Source: Octopus vulgaris (lineage: Eukaryota). From it: DNA of 64,000 nt. The DNA lies in contig OX597820.1 in NCBI GenBank assembly GCA_951406725.2, forward strand, positions 51,708,001 to 51,772,000, read 5' to 3'. The translations under genes and the position numbers were made by a program. Every line of letters begins with the position of its first letter. Position 1 is the stretch's first letter. The notes beneath the pieces were generated by a model. That model was not told the origin of the DNA. It was given only the letters and a program-made list of their open reading frames with translations, and searched no databases. Positions 32,859 through 45,760 of this stretch are shown here, one piece after another.

Positions 32859-32923
32859 CCATGCTGATGATCGCTGCAGTTTTCCTTGCGGAAAATAACA
32901 GCTGAAACTAAGTTAGTACATGG
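32859..32923 (+). ncRNA. Hammerhead ribozyme copy (G>C at the base of stem II)
   Basis: CCATG-CTGATGA-TCGCTG...CAGCT-GAAA-CTAAGTTAG-TA-CATGG; predicted cleavage after 32918. Confidence 0.7.
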
Positions 32924-33074
32924 GTAATTATTTTATTTCGTATATTTTTCACTTGTTTATTGCTATGGTTTTGTGTTGAGTTTGATCTGAGAACATAATC
33001 TTTTGTGGTGAATGGCGATTTGACGTCTATATCTAGCATGTTGACTGTCCACTTTTCGTGTTCAGTCCTTAATT

Positions 33075-33123
<49 letters not shown>

Positions 33124-33125
<2 letters not shown>

Positions 33126-34040
33126 GGTGCGGTGAATAAAATGTCATCTATATCACACAACATGAAAACAACGCTGTTATCTTATTTTAAGAGATATTTT
33201 TACGAAAATTACGTAAAAAATATCTGGAAATATTAAAGAGAAAATTTTATACAATAAAATAGCTATTAGTTTCAACGGCGGGCTCCAGTCGATTTCGGAA
33301 TCTCACGCAACTCTTTTGGATGATCTCCTTGTTTAAGTTAGTGAATACTAGCATAATCCTTCCATCCGTTCATCTTTGCTGTTAGAAGGAGTTTTGTTTG
33401 TCTCTCGTCTCACCCAGCTGCGCCCTACACATAATAATCAAGAGGATTGCGGCCTGGGGAGTTAGGTGGCCTGATATTAGGGCTGACGTGGTCGCAATAT
33501 TTATCTGGCAGCCAGGCTGGGTCCTCCTGCTTGTGTAGCATAGTATAGAGTTTTGTTGCCAGACATGGGATCTTCCAGCAGACACCCTCTTCACCCAGGG
33601 CAGCACTACCTCCTCCAGGCACTTGATGTATGCCTCGGAGTTGAGTCTGAGGCTGAGTGGGAAGATGAATGGGGGCTTAATGGTGCCATCACTAGTGACC
33701 ACTTCATATACCATGATGTTGACTGAATGCTTGATTTTTATCACGCTCGGTACATCTACTCTGATTGACACCAGAACACACAGAAATGTTCGTATTGGAG
33801 CACCAGACACAAAGGCAGAACAGTGTGAAATGCGTCATGGTGCTGTTACAGACGGTGCTCAACTGACCTACCATACTGTGTAGAGGATAAAATGAAAAAC
33901 AAAAAATGCGCATGTGTTAACTTAAAAATATTAAATGGCACAAATGTATATATATATATTTCAGCAGTGGTGCCCCAGCATGGCCGTGGCCTTCGGGGTA
34001 AAACATTTTTAAGGATTTAAGGATTTATATCTATGGCATC

Positions 34041-34043
<3 letters not shown>
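33124..34043 (-). mobile_element. Mirror copy of the maT/DD37D-like transposon fragment
   Basis: Translations identical to 30877-31305 and 31065-31262. Confidence 0.75.
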
Positions 34044-34071
<28 letters not shown>

Positions 34072-34083
34072 CAAACACACGCA

Positions 34084-34155
<72 letters not shown>

Positions 34156-34225
34156 AAGAGATAGATAGATAGATACAGAAAGATAGATAGATAGATAAAT
34201 AGATAGATATTGGATATATATATAC

Positions 34226-34352
<127 letters not shown>

Positions 34353-35305
34353 TGTGTGTGCGAGTTTGTGTGTAAACACATGCATATACATGCATACACA
34401 TATGCCAGAACATATACACATGCATACATAATACAAGTATTATTAGCATAATGCACATTTTTACCTATGAATATTTGCTTATATGAGTATACTGATACTC
34501 CTTGTTATCTCTTCCTTTTCAGTACAAACGTGACTTAACATTATTAAAACAAAAACGAAAAGTAAGAAAACACAGTATAAAGAATATCAGGGGCAACAAA
34601 TGGTGAAATCGATAAGCAGAATATCACAATCAGTCGCTTTCCAGATCAGCAGCAATTATAACAGAAATAACAAGAAACACATCAACCTCATTACAAACAT
34701 ATATAGGAGCAACAACAGCAGCAACAATTCAAAGGACCAATAAACCTCGACAAACGTCTTGTGATCTTCCATACATAATGTCCCGTACACATATGGATGG
34801 ATATACGTGATGCTTCGTATTGAATTACAATTAGTGTGCATCAGCTATTGACACAAGAAACAGCAGTACCCACCCCCACCGTCTCCCTTTCAATCTCTCC
34901 CGTTTACTCTCTCTATTTCTCTCTCTCCCTTTCCAAATTCTCTTTCTCGCAGACCCAGTGTCTTTGTTTATGCTCATCACGCTCATAAACACATCCACAT
35001 GCACTTATGTAAACACACAATGAGACGCATGCGCGTATATACGCATCATATAGCGTAATAAAATAAAATGAATGTAATTTTTTATTTCCAGCTTCTCTAA
35101 ATTCTTTTTTCGTTCACTAACGAGATATTTGCATTTTTAATGCTGGAATATTTTATTATCTCTCCTCTGATATTTTTAATGATATACAAAACTTCGCACG
35201 TGACGTTTTCTTGGCGATGTTGTCACAGTGTTGATTATTGTTCACAATTACCACCACCACATCTGCTAATATATGTAAGAAGAAGACGAAGACGAAGAAG
35301 AAGAA

Positions 35306-35336
<31 letters not shown>

Positions 35337-35417
35337 AATAAAGAGAAGAAGAAGAAGAAGAAGAAGAAGAAGAAGAAAAAAGAAGAAGAAGAAGAAAAAG
35401 AAGAAGAAGGAATTAGT

Positions 35418-35594
35418 GACTTGATTGTTTTGACCCCCCCACCCCGGTGCTCAACTTTTAATTGCTTTATCGACCGCAGAAGGATAAAAGGAAAAATCGA
35501 CATCGGCGGAATTTGAACTCAAAACGTCAAGGCGGATGACATACCGTTTAGCATTTTACATTGCCTACTAACAATTTTACCACCTTGGCGCCTC
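35418..35594 (-). mobile_element. SINE family 2, diverged
   Basis: TTTATCGACCGCAGAAGGATAAAAGGAAAAATCGACATCGGCGGAATTTGAACTC. Confidence 0.75.
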
Positions 35595-35739
35595 AACAAC
35601 AACAACAATAACTACAACAATAAACAACAACAACAACGACAACAACAACAACAATAATAATAATGATAGTGGTGTGATTATGATTGTGAGGAAGATGCCG
35701 ATGATGATGATGATAATGTTGACGACGCTAAGAATAATG

Positions 35740-35781
<42 letters not shown>

Positions 35782-36149
35782 ACTCCTTTATCTTTTGACT
35801 TCATTAACTTCCTCACCTTTCTGACGTACATATACTTCACGTCAATTTTCTCTTCCATTTCTACAGTTAATTCTACAGTTAATACAGTTAATATTTCTAC
35901 ATGCAAATACTTCTAGATACTTAACATTAACCCCTTTAAGTGATTTTAATGTCTTGATTTTTATCTGGTAACCGTATGCCTTCATTGTTGAATATTTGTC
36001 ACATTTTTATATTTAATATTGCACACTTATCTATGTCAAACTGCATACCTATATGTTCCCTGAAGGGTCTTACACTTAATAATAAATATCATTCAAATAG
36101 AGTAACTTGCTAATTCTTCCTTTACTATTTCTAGCCTGGTACCCTGTTT

Positions 36150-37200
36150 TGTCGTTCTGAATGCTGTATTGGGGGGGATTAAACATAATACAAATATTAA
36201 AGAGAAAACAGGTTTCCCTGGATAATTTCTCTGTTGATATTAACTTTCTTTAAGGATGTATCACCTGAGTAATATCTATTTTCCATTCCTTACTAATTAA
36301 CCCTCTTATGCTGTTTGCAATGCTGCAGATACTCAAAACATTCCCTTATCCATGAGCGTGGAATGATATCATAGACTTTCTTATAATGTTATTGTTTGTT
36401 TTTTTTTTCTTTCTAGTTTTACTTCATTTAGAACTTCTTGACCTATGCATGATAGATCATGTATTTCTCTAGCAAACTTTCTGATCTTTTAGAATTAAAT
36501 TCTGGCTGTGGATGGGCTTATAAATGCTTTCTGAGAGTATTGGCAAGCACGTAATGGATCTATAATTACTAGTTGTGTTGCTCTTGCTTTTGTCTTTCAC
36601 AAAGAGTCTTGTTTTCCCTGAAGGCATCCGATAAAGCATGACGCCACAGTCTCCCATTTAAGCTAATAAATTTCCTTAGCTAGTACCCTTCAACTAAATC
36701 CAGTGTTAGGCCCTTCCAATTTGGCATTCTTCCTCAAACTTTACTGATTAATGCACTAGCTAGCTGTATAAGTTTTGGCTGTTTCTCACTGACTAATTTT
36801 TCCTTCAATTTCTTTAACCATGCTGCATCTCCTTTATGATTTGTTGGCTCATTCCAAATGTCACTTAGGAAATTTCTAGCTTCTTACGAATTAGGTTTCT
36901 CACCTTCAGTATTTTCTTCAGCACTATTTATTTGGCATCAAAATCACCTCTAATCTACTCTAAACCATCCCTTCCGTTGATACTTATCTATGATTTTCTC
37001 ATATCTGGGTGCTTACCTTTTGTTTCACCACTTTCTTGATTATCCAAACTCCTCTCACTTTGACGAAATAATTGTTCTTGAGAGCTTTGCTTAAAGTCTT
37101 CACTATGATCTTTTCTTAAAGTCTTCACTTTATTTTCTAATCCCGTATGAAAAGTGTTCTATTATTGGGTAGCCGACCTGTAGAGTATGTGCTGTGGCTC
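36150..37200 (-). pseudogene. Degenerate R4/Dong RT region
   Basis: Broken motifs FLSDIWNEPTNHKGDAAWL, NWKG, GKTRLFVKD..SNYRSITCLP, DQKVC, YKKVYDIIPRSWI and IIQG. Confidence 0.8.
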
Positions 37201-37954
37201 ATTTTTTTAAAACTTGATATTTACTGTATGAGCCTGGGACCGAACGCTTATCGTATGATATATATATATATATTACCGGATATTTGCAAGTGTGGTTTCT
37301 TTTGCATACAGAACTTCGATATAGTCATCATCTGTCCATCGCTCTCTATTGGTTTATTTTCAATTTGGGTATTGACATTAAAGGATGGCTCTATATGTTC
37401 AGTGTTTCCGTTTTGAGGGGGCACTGACTTGGTATCTATGCTGAGGCTGCTTTCGTATTGAGGTTGCCCCGAGGGTCATGCGAAAAAATTCACCGCAGAT
37501 TCTTTTTGAAAGTTTTATCACCGAAAGCAGTTAACTCTTTCCACTTTTTCGAAAGAACATTTTTGCTTCTCTTCTTAATGTCACTTAAATATCGTACGTA
37601 CAATACTTATTTTGATGTCCGTGTGTGAATTGTACAAACATTATATTTGTTGATGCATAAGCGAGAAACAGCAATGAGCATATATGTAGAAATGACAATG
37701 CATATGTGATGAATTATCGTGCCCACACGTTTTTCACAGTTCTCTAGTATACGGATTAAGCAAGATTCTCGTGTTATTTGCACATTCACCACATGCTTTG
37801 CTGCAACAACGTAAGCTCGAAGAAACTATGCTCATATACTTTGTATATGAAACGATCTTTCTACCAAACGAGCTTTCCTGAAATGACTTACACTATAACG
37901 ATTTATGAAACCATGCTTGGCGATGGTCATAGACTTAAACTTACCTCGCAGAGA

Positions 37955-38126
37955 GCTTACTGATATATGCTTACCAGCATTTCATCCATCTTCACGTTTT
38001 GAGGTCAATTTTCCCTTTCATCGTTTCAGGGTCGATGAACGAAGTACCAATTGTGTACTGTACTGGGGCAAAGGTGACCGATTAGCCCCTTCCCCAATGT
38101 CCAGGCCATGTGTCTATAGGAGAAGG

Positions 38127-38130
<4 letters not shown>
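37955..38130 (+). mobile_element. SINE family 2, diverged
   Basis: TTTCCCTTTCATCGTTTCAGGGTCGATGAACGAAGTACCAATTGTGTACTG. Confidence 0.7.
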
Positions 38131-38161
<31 letters not shown>

Positions 38162-38272
38162 CATCATCGTCATCATCATCATCATCATCACCTCCACCTC
38201 CTCCTCCTCCTCCTCCTCCTCCTCATCATTATTATTATTACTATTATTATTATTATTTATTATTATTATTAT

Positions 38273-38311
<39 letters not shown>

Positions 38312-39543
38312 CAGTAGTAGCAGTAATAGTAGCAGTATGTTTTTTCAAATAATTTGCATATGTATGCGCATGTGCGATTCTTTGTACGTATATGTGTAAA
38401 TCCTTTCATACAATTCGAGTCTTACGAAATGCCAATCTAGCGATCATACATGTAGATGTCCAGCCAGAGGTCATATTCCGCTTCTTGTACTGAAAAGAAT
38501 GAGTGTATTAGTTGAGATTTATTCTACCAAACAGTAATAGTAATATTCTATTTTGAAATAATAAGTGATATTTGAGATTTGAATACGGATAGTGAACTTT
38601 CGCTTGCATATTAATAAAGGCCTATACATTTACATGTCTTATTGAGTAAAATACTTATTGTATACATATGTTTAATCGAGAAGTCTATGGAAAATATTAC
38701 ATTAATGTATGAATGTCATATTAAATGAGAAGCTAAATAATGTATTTCTAAAATGTTGCCAGTTGAACCGAAGTAAATATTCACTAATGGACAAAATATG
38801 CTTTCGGAAATATACGGGTACACGAAACATAAATTCATAGGTACAGGCATATATACACACATAAGTATATATATACTTGTATGTGAGTATACGTGTGTCA
38901 GTGTGTGTATGTGTGTGCTTATGTGTGCATGTAGAAAAGAAATAAATGTATGTGTATGTATATTTATGCATACATATACATGCTTATGTATACGTATACG
39001 TATGTATACACTAGTTTGTACGTATACGTGTTTCTGAACAAGTCCTTATACATTTACGCCTTGACTTATGTACTTATTTCTTATGTGCTGCGTACATTTT
39101 TAAAAATACACACAAACACATACGTGCGCACGCATACACACAAACACATACGTGCGCACGCATACACACACACTCTCTTTCCCACGCACACACACGCACA
39201 CTCATATATGTGTGTGTGTATATTTATGTATACTTATTTTTGTATAATAATAATAACATAAATATTTTTCAACGTAACTTAGCAGTTGAATATTCCTCTT
39301 ATTTAGCCCCAGGAAACATCGTCACTATCAATGCCCTTGTACTTTCGCACAAGGGAGTTTAGGATTTATGTGATATTTCCCTTCATCAGCACATAATAAC
39401 TGTTCAACTAGAGGTCACGTTGCTAAATTCTTGTTCGAAATATATAGTTTTCAAAGTGGCACACAGTCAATAATGTACACACACACACGCACACATACAC
39501 ACGCACACATACACACACATACACACACACACATATATATATA

Positions 39544-39594
<51 letters not shown>

Positions 39595-39633
39595 CTCTAT
39601 ATATATATACATATGTATATATATATATGTATG

Positions 39634-39686
<53 letters not shown>

Positions 39687-39755
39687 CATATTACTCTACC
39701 ACTGGTATTTGAGTACTCTTTTTCCCACCTTGTTTCACATTTATGTGTTTACTCC

Positions 39756-39806
<51 letters not shown>

Positions 39807-40009
39807 GTTTATGAATCTATGTTGTAGGAGACCTCCTGTGAAACTGTGTGTTGAAACAATAAAAATAAATGACCATTCCAAAAGTTAACAATACATATTT
39901 ATCTATAAAATGCATCAGGTGCTTTAGAATAATACCTGTATTTGTTTTATATGACTATACATTTCAAGACCGTTCGCCGTCTTGGTAATAAACAAGCAAA
40001 AGATGAAAT

Positions 40010-40093
40010 TGCTGAAGGCTGCACGCAGTGGGGCTGAACTCGAAGCCATGAAGTTGAGAGGAAAACCTCTTACCACACTACCATAGCTGCGCC
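40010..40093 (-). mobile_element. SINE family 1 tRNA-like head fragment
   Basis: CACGCAGTGGGGCTGAAC...TTACCACAC..CCATAGCTGCGCC mirrors 12380-12460. Confidence 0.65.
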
Positions 40094-40504
40094 AGTGCTA
40101 CATGTATTCCAAATATAAGAGATCTTCTAGATTATTATATCCCTCCCTATAGTTTTGTGCTATTTTCTTTCTCTAAATCACAATCCTTTTAACAACAGGT
40201 ACATTTACTTTATTTAGGTTTCATAAGACATCTATCTCTTATTTCCGGTCTATTTCCCAGTTTTTCTTTTCAATAGATTAGATTGAATTTGCTGAAATAA
40301 ATGCTAACACGTTTTCAATAGAAGACATTATTTCACATAAAGGAATTTTAAATTTAAGAAGGCAATGATTTTAAATTTTAAAGAGGCAAAAGGTAATCCA
40401 TTTTAAATGAAGAGGTGTATACGCAAATCAATAAAAGAAAATTAAGTTAACCATTCCAGAGAATTTCATTTCACATAGCGAGCACACATGCTTGCCAGTC
40501 TCAC

Positions 40505-40610
40505 TCCTCGTGCTTTGGCCGACATATAATTGTGATACGGAACAGCTAGTTATTGGATGTTTAAGTTTTTCATAGTGGCTACACCAGTTATAATTGTCAC
40601 ATCTAAATTC
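40505..40610 (-). CDS. Candidate internal exon (106 bp, phase 0-1) of the minus-strand host gene
   Basis: Acceptor TGTTCCTTCAG and donor A|GTGAGA; encodes EFRCDNYNWCSHYEKLKHPITSCSVSQLYVGQSTR and bridges the phases of the 59.4 kb and 29.6 kb candidate exons. Confidence 0.42.
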
Positions 40611-42749
40611 CTGAAGGAACATTTTCGAAATATATATATATATATATATATATTGCAATTGAATTTACGCTAAAGCATTTCATTCATTTAAAGAAATTTG
40701 CAACCACACCAACTAGTAATGAGTTTTTTTATAATTTAATTTTCGTTTCTGATTATTACTTTATTTCATAGGACATACTTTGTCATTTATTATTAACGAT
40801 TTAATGCCTTTTTATTTCCTTTTCAGTGTTTATAAATTTTTACACGTTGTACATTTTATTTCTTATTGTATTTTTATTATGAATTTGTTTTTCATGACAT
40901 TACTACAGCTACTTAGGTTTACGTTCCACCTCTCACGTTGAGTTTTGATTAATTATTTTTTTCATATAATCTATTAAATTTACAATTAAGTGAAACAAGA
41001 ATGAAAAGAAAAGCAAGAAAAACAAAGACAGGACTAAAAACTATTAAGTATTCTGTCTTAATGAGGGCATGGTGCAGCGAATGTAATTGGTATAGTCTAG
41101 ACGGTTGCTATAATCTTTGAAATTTGAGGTTACAGAATTAGAAATGAGATATCTAGGTGCAAATGAAATTTAAAGTATAGTGAATATACATTATCGTTTA
41201 TAACTGTGTAGAAATATTACCCGAGTTAGCTGAGACACTAACGGTATAAATTATATGCAACACTACGAACTAATCATTTGTATCCACGTGAAAATCAGTA
41301 TATATGTGTGAGAATATCGCAAGAACTAAAAATGATGTGAAACAGTTTACAGCTCAAGTGAGTAGATGCACTCAGACAGAAGCGTTGTTTGAGAATAAAT
41401 GAACTCAGACTATATATATAAGTATGCATTAATTTTGAAGCTGAGTCGATAGGACAAATATCTTGTTGCATATTAATGGCTTTCTATACTATTCACACTA
41501 TGTTTATTCAACCGGAAATGGCTTCAGTCTATTTAGCCAAATTCTGCGTCTTTCTACTGCTGGTAATTATAAATTGTCGCTATTCCTTTAAGGGTTGCGT
41601 TTATTATGAATTGTATCTATCTATCTTCTTAGTTCTATCCAGAATCTTGACACTGGCATGGTCCACTATTGAATACCTTTGAATGACATCCAAATAATTT
41701 TGCAATAATCACCTTCCTAACGCTTCTCTTGTGCTCTTTGGCAACTTATTTTCTCAATTTCCGTTCCATCACATTGTAAGCCTCCATCAGTTACCTGTAT
41801 TTGTATACATTCAGTGATTGAACGATATCTTGTTTTATCCATGAGATTTAATTTTTCGACCCTTATTCAAATTTTAATTACTGAAATAATCACCCTCAAA
41901 TGTATACATATAAGTATATATATCATCATTTATTTAATCAAGGACTACAGCACATTAATGATTCAAATACAAATAAGCGTTCAAGAGAGTGTCAGTGGCG
42001 CCTAATATCGATGATTATCCCGAAGACACATTGCGAGTGAGCCAACATCCTCTACCTGACCTGCTCTGCAAGATGTCAGGCTTCGACCCATTGACGAATA
42101 TTGTCTTGCAAAACAGTGGAAGTGCTGCTTCGAGAGGAAATGAGCAGCAACGAACCTTCCGTTATCAAAGGCGTCTCCAATATGCGTACTAACTTACTCA
42201 ACACTACTTTGATCATTTAGTTCCCCTTTTAGTTCCTTTTACAGTCATACTGCCTTATATTGTACATCATTTGCAGTTTGTTTCATATGTTTCACTCCCT
42301 TTCTTTTTTTCTATGGTTGCCTGAAACCTTCCAGGATCTCTACCAATCTGTTCAATATCGTTCTCAAGTCTTCGTTCCCACAATGGGACATTTATTTTCG
42401 TTTTTGTTTCATTTTATCTCATGAGATTGCACAACGACAGAGGCTGCAAAACTTATAATTTTGTTAAGAACTGTTGTGTTTTCGATGTAAATTTTCCTTA
42501 ACGGTTCGTTCTTCTTTTAAACTACGTTATATAGCTTTCTTTCTTGATTTCTCTTACAGCTAGTAATTATTTTCTTTCGCTATTTTGTGCCACATTCAGG
42601 TATAGTAGTAAGATACTTTATTCCTCTGTAATAGTCTTACCCTCCACTAACCAAAATTTACCATCAACCGACCAAATGTTTCTTTTATCGAGATTTATTG
42701 AGTTCTCTACTAACCCCTGTTCTTATTGTTCATTTTTTTCGTGTTTAGT

Positions 42750-44430
42750 ATATTCACGTCCATATTCTTTCACAATTTAAACATTTTTAGTTATACGAAA
42801 CGTCTCTCCATGTGAAAATTTTATGCCTTACATTCCGGTATGCAATTTCGGTAGGTTCGGTTCTGAAATAACGTTCCTTTATAGTTCGTTTGCTGACTTG
42901 AGACCATTTTCTCCTAATCTACGAAGTAGAATTTGGATAACGACCATGTCGACACCACTGCGTTGTGTAACACTTGCCCTGTGAGAGGTCTTCACTAGAA
43001 ATGTGGTCTCATGGATGCAGTTGTGATGATATTTATCTAGCATAAAACGGACTAGATTGGTGGTGTGTAAAAATAAAACAGCAGTGTTTTCATCGAGAGC
43101 AGATCTTACATCCCCTACCTTGATACCCTGCCATCTTTGCCATTCTAAAGTGTCTAAGTCAATAGATAATCTATCAATCCAAGGAACGTTTCTATTCTGC
43201 GTTTTTTCTTCTGCCCACATTTTACTCCAATATTCCTACACTTCTTTTGATGGGTCAGACTTTACTGTAACTGGTATTGTGTTATGGAGGGCAGGTTTAG
43301 AACATGTTTTTGCTTCATGGTGGTATCGATATCAACTATTGTTGGTTTTCATATTACACGTTTTCTTTAATTTTCGGATTTTTATTGGTTTGATACCCTT
43401 GTCAAACTTAAAGCATTTTAAACATTGTATGTCAGACCTAGGTAACTGAATTAGGTGTTGAATACGCTCTTGCCAAATAAGAGTTTTTGTCAGAAAGTTG
43501 TCTTTCTCTAATCTTTTCACCACATAGAATCGTTGAAAACTCTGCGGATGCATAGCACTGGTGGATATCAACATCATTAGCTGAAATTATATTCTATAAG
43601 TGCAAGGCAGATTTTACCAATTACTTTCATGTTCTGGTTACAGTTGCAAATTTTTGAGAGGGTGTCACGCTCATTCATACAGGTTTCTTTAATTTTCACT
43701 CATTCAATCATGATTTGATTTTTTGGGGATTGTCTAGTTCAGTTAGTTCAATTTCTGTGTGACTGTCTTCATCTACTTCAACTTCATCTGCCTTGGTATT
43801 TATGGTTCTTCAGAGTGTATTTCACCTTGCTTTTCAGTTGCATTGACGTTTTCCATCATTAATGCATATTTATCATATCTGAGTTGCTGTGTCATTATTT
43901 CCTCACAAGTATGTTCTTTTGCTGCGACTTCGTTCTTTTTATCCCTTGCTGGCTGATTAATTTGGTTAATCTCTAATTCAATCACTAATTTTTTGTCGTA
44001 ATATTTCTTCTGATGTTGGCAAGTTTGCTACGATATATATATATAAGATCTTACTTCAAGGTACTTTTCCCTCCAGTTCACCAGTTCAGGTAAGTTTGAT
44101 CAGTTTTAGATTTGTTTATGGGGAAATACACGGCGCAATAGAAGGCCTTAAGAACTTTTTTATCCCCCTTTGACGCTTTTTCATTCTTTTTCTTTTGGCT
44201 ATTTTATGACGAACGTGGACAGCCAAATGTTGGAGTATTCTGGTTTTGGGGTATTTCATGTTCCAGTATTTCGAGAAGATTTGAATCAGTAGCTGGTTTT
44301 TCGCACCAAGTCTGCTTCCTCACCGGAGTGCGCGGCACTCGTTGGTTCGGGTGACGGCCTATCCGGTGTGTATTTTGCTTTATAATTGAGGCATGACGAG
44401 CTTGGACGTTGAGATTAGGGGAGGGATCTG
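42750..44430 (-). pseudogene. Degenerate N-terminal half of an R4/Dong ORF
   Basis: Remnants ELEINQI, WQERIQHLIQLPRSDI and YWSKMWAEEKTQNRNVPWI resemble R4 pre-RT motifs (PW..R...I..LR.DI; FW..IW....HN..A.WI). Confidence 0.6.
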
Positions 44431-44439
44431 TATGTTTAG

Positions 44440-45760
44440 AGTTAACACCGTCTAATCCACTCAGTATTTTCACCGTATGCCTTTTCATTACTCCAGGTAT
44501 TTTTCCAGACGTTTTCAAATGCTGCCATACCAGATGGGTCTTCAGCGGTTATTTTCTCCTTTCCTATTTCTTTGTAGAATTTGAACAGATTATTGTGCTT
44601 GTATTTTAACTGCTTATTGTGCCTCACTTCTCAAATCTTCGTATTTTTTTAGCTTTTGCTTGGACGTTTTGTTCCAGTGTTTCTCTTCCTACAAGTAGTC
44701 CTTCTTTTTGTGAGAATCTATGTTTTGTCTTCATCATTCATTTTCTGGTTTTTACATCGTTTCCACAGATTACTTCATTCAGTATTGATATTTCCCCACT
44801 CTCATTATTTCAATCTCGTTCTCAATTTTACTTTTTCAGTTTGGAATTCTTCTCAAGCTTGTATTTCTTTGTCTTTCAGAGGCATACGATATGTTTCAAT
44901 TATCTTAGCAGTTGCGCAAATAATTTCGTTTAATTCAGTGAGACCTGGTTTTAGTTCTTTTATAATTTCTTTTGTTACCTAGTTTCCAATTTTAATTTGT
45001 TTTCTATTTTGGATTGCATTTGAGAGTTTATGAGTAGTTCTCAATCATGCATATTGGCGTGTCTTACAAATGCAAGCTCATTAGGGATTTTCTGTTTCAG
45101 TTCTACCATAGACTCTCGATGTTCTTCAGTAAATATGTAAACTTCATATATTCCTTCTTTACCACTTTCTCAGCTATCATTATCAAATTCATTACAATTT
45201 ATTTCTTCAGACGATGGCGTGTTCTGGTGAGATGGCAGTTTTTCAAATGAGACTCGTGGAGAATAGCTCTCTCCATCTGGTTCTTAATTTCTTCTCTGTC
45301 TTATTTAGGTCATTATCCGCTGCGTGCTTGATCGCAGTTATTTCACTATCTCTGAGACTTTTATTTCTGAATATATCCATCCTAACATTTGCTGGAGTTT
45401 GCTGTTTTCATTTCCTGTTCCCCATATTTGGTAAAAGTGTGCGATGTGTTTCGCCTCCGATGATCTGCCTAAAACATAATAGTAGGCGTATATTACTTCG
45501 GTATGCTCATCTCGGGTCCATTTGATCCGCTTAAATATTTCTTTCTATGGTGAATGTGGTGTTGGACTTGAAAGGCCTGAGTTGGGATACTTCACGTTCC
45601 AATGACCACCTACGTTCGTATTCAGAGACGAGTTTGTGCCAGTGGATGACTTTCCGACCCCAGGCTTGCTCTCACCTGGGGGAGGCGCTTCCAGATTAAC
45701 CATTCGGCAAGCGATTTGGTGTTCTGTTGTAGTTTTCCGTTTTGCCTCGTTAGACATATT
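44440..45760 (-). pseudogene. Second degenerate N-terminal half of an R4/Dong ORF
   Basis: KYKHNNLFKFYKEIGK..P..AFENVWKNTWSNEKAYGENTEWI; ANVRMDIFRNKSLRDSEI; low-complexity N-terminus at 45545-45757. Confidence 0.65.

Larger units (their letters stand above)
32799..34190. repeat. Right arm of the inverted duplication; its first ~286 bp is also a direct repeat of 31889-32174
   Basis: Direct comparison; direct-repeat offset is 910 bp. Confidence 0.95.
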
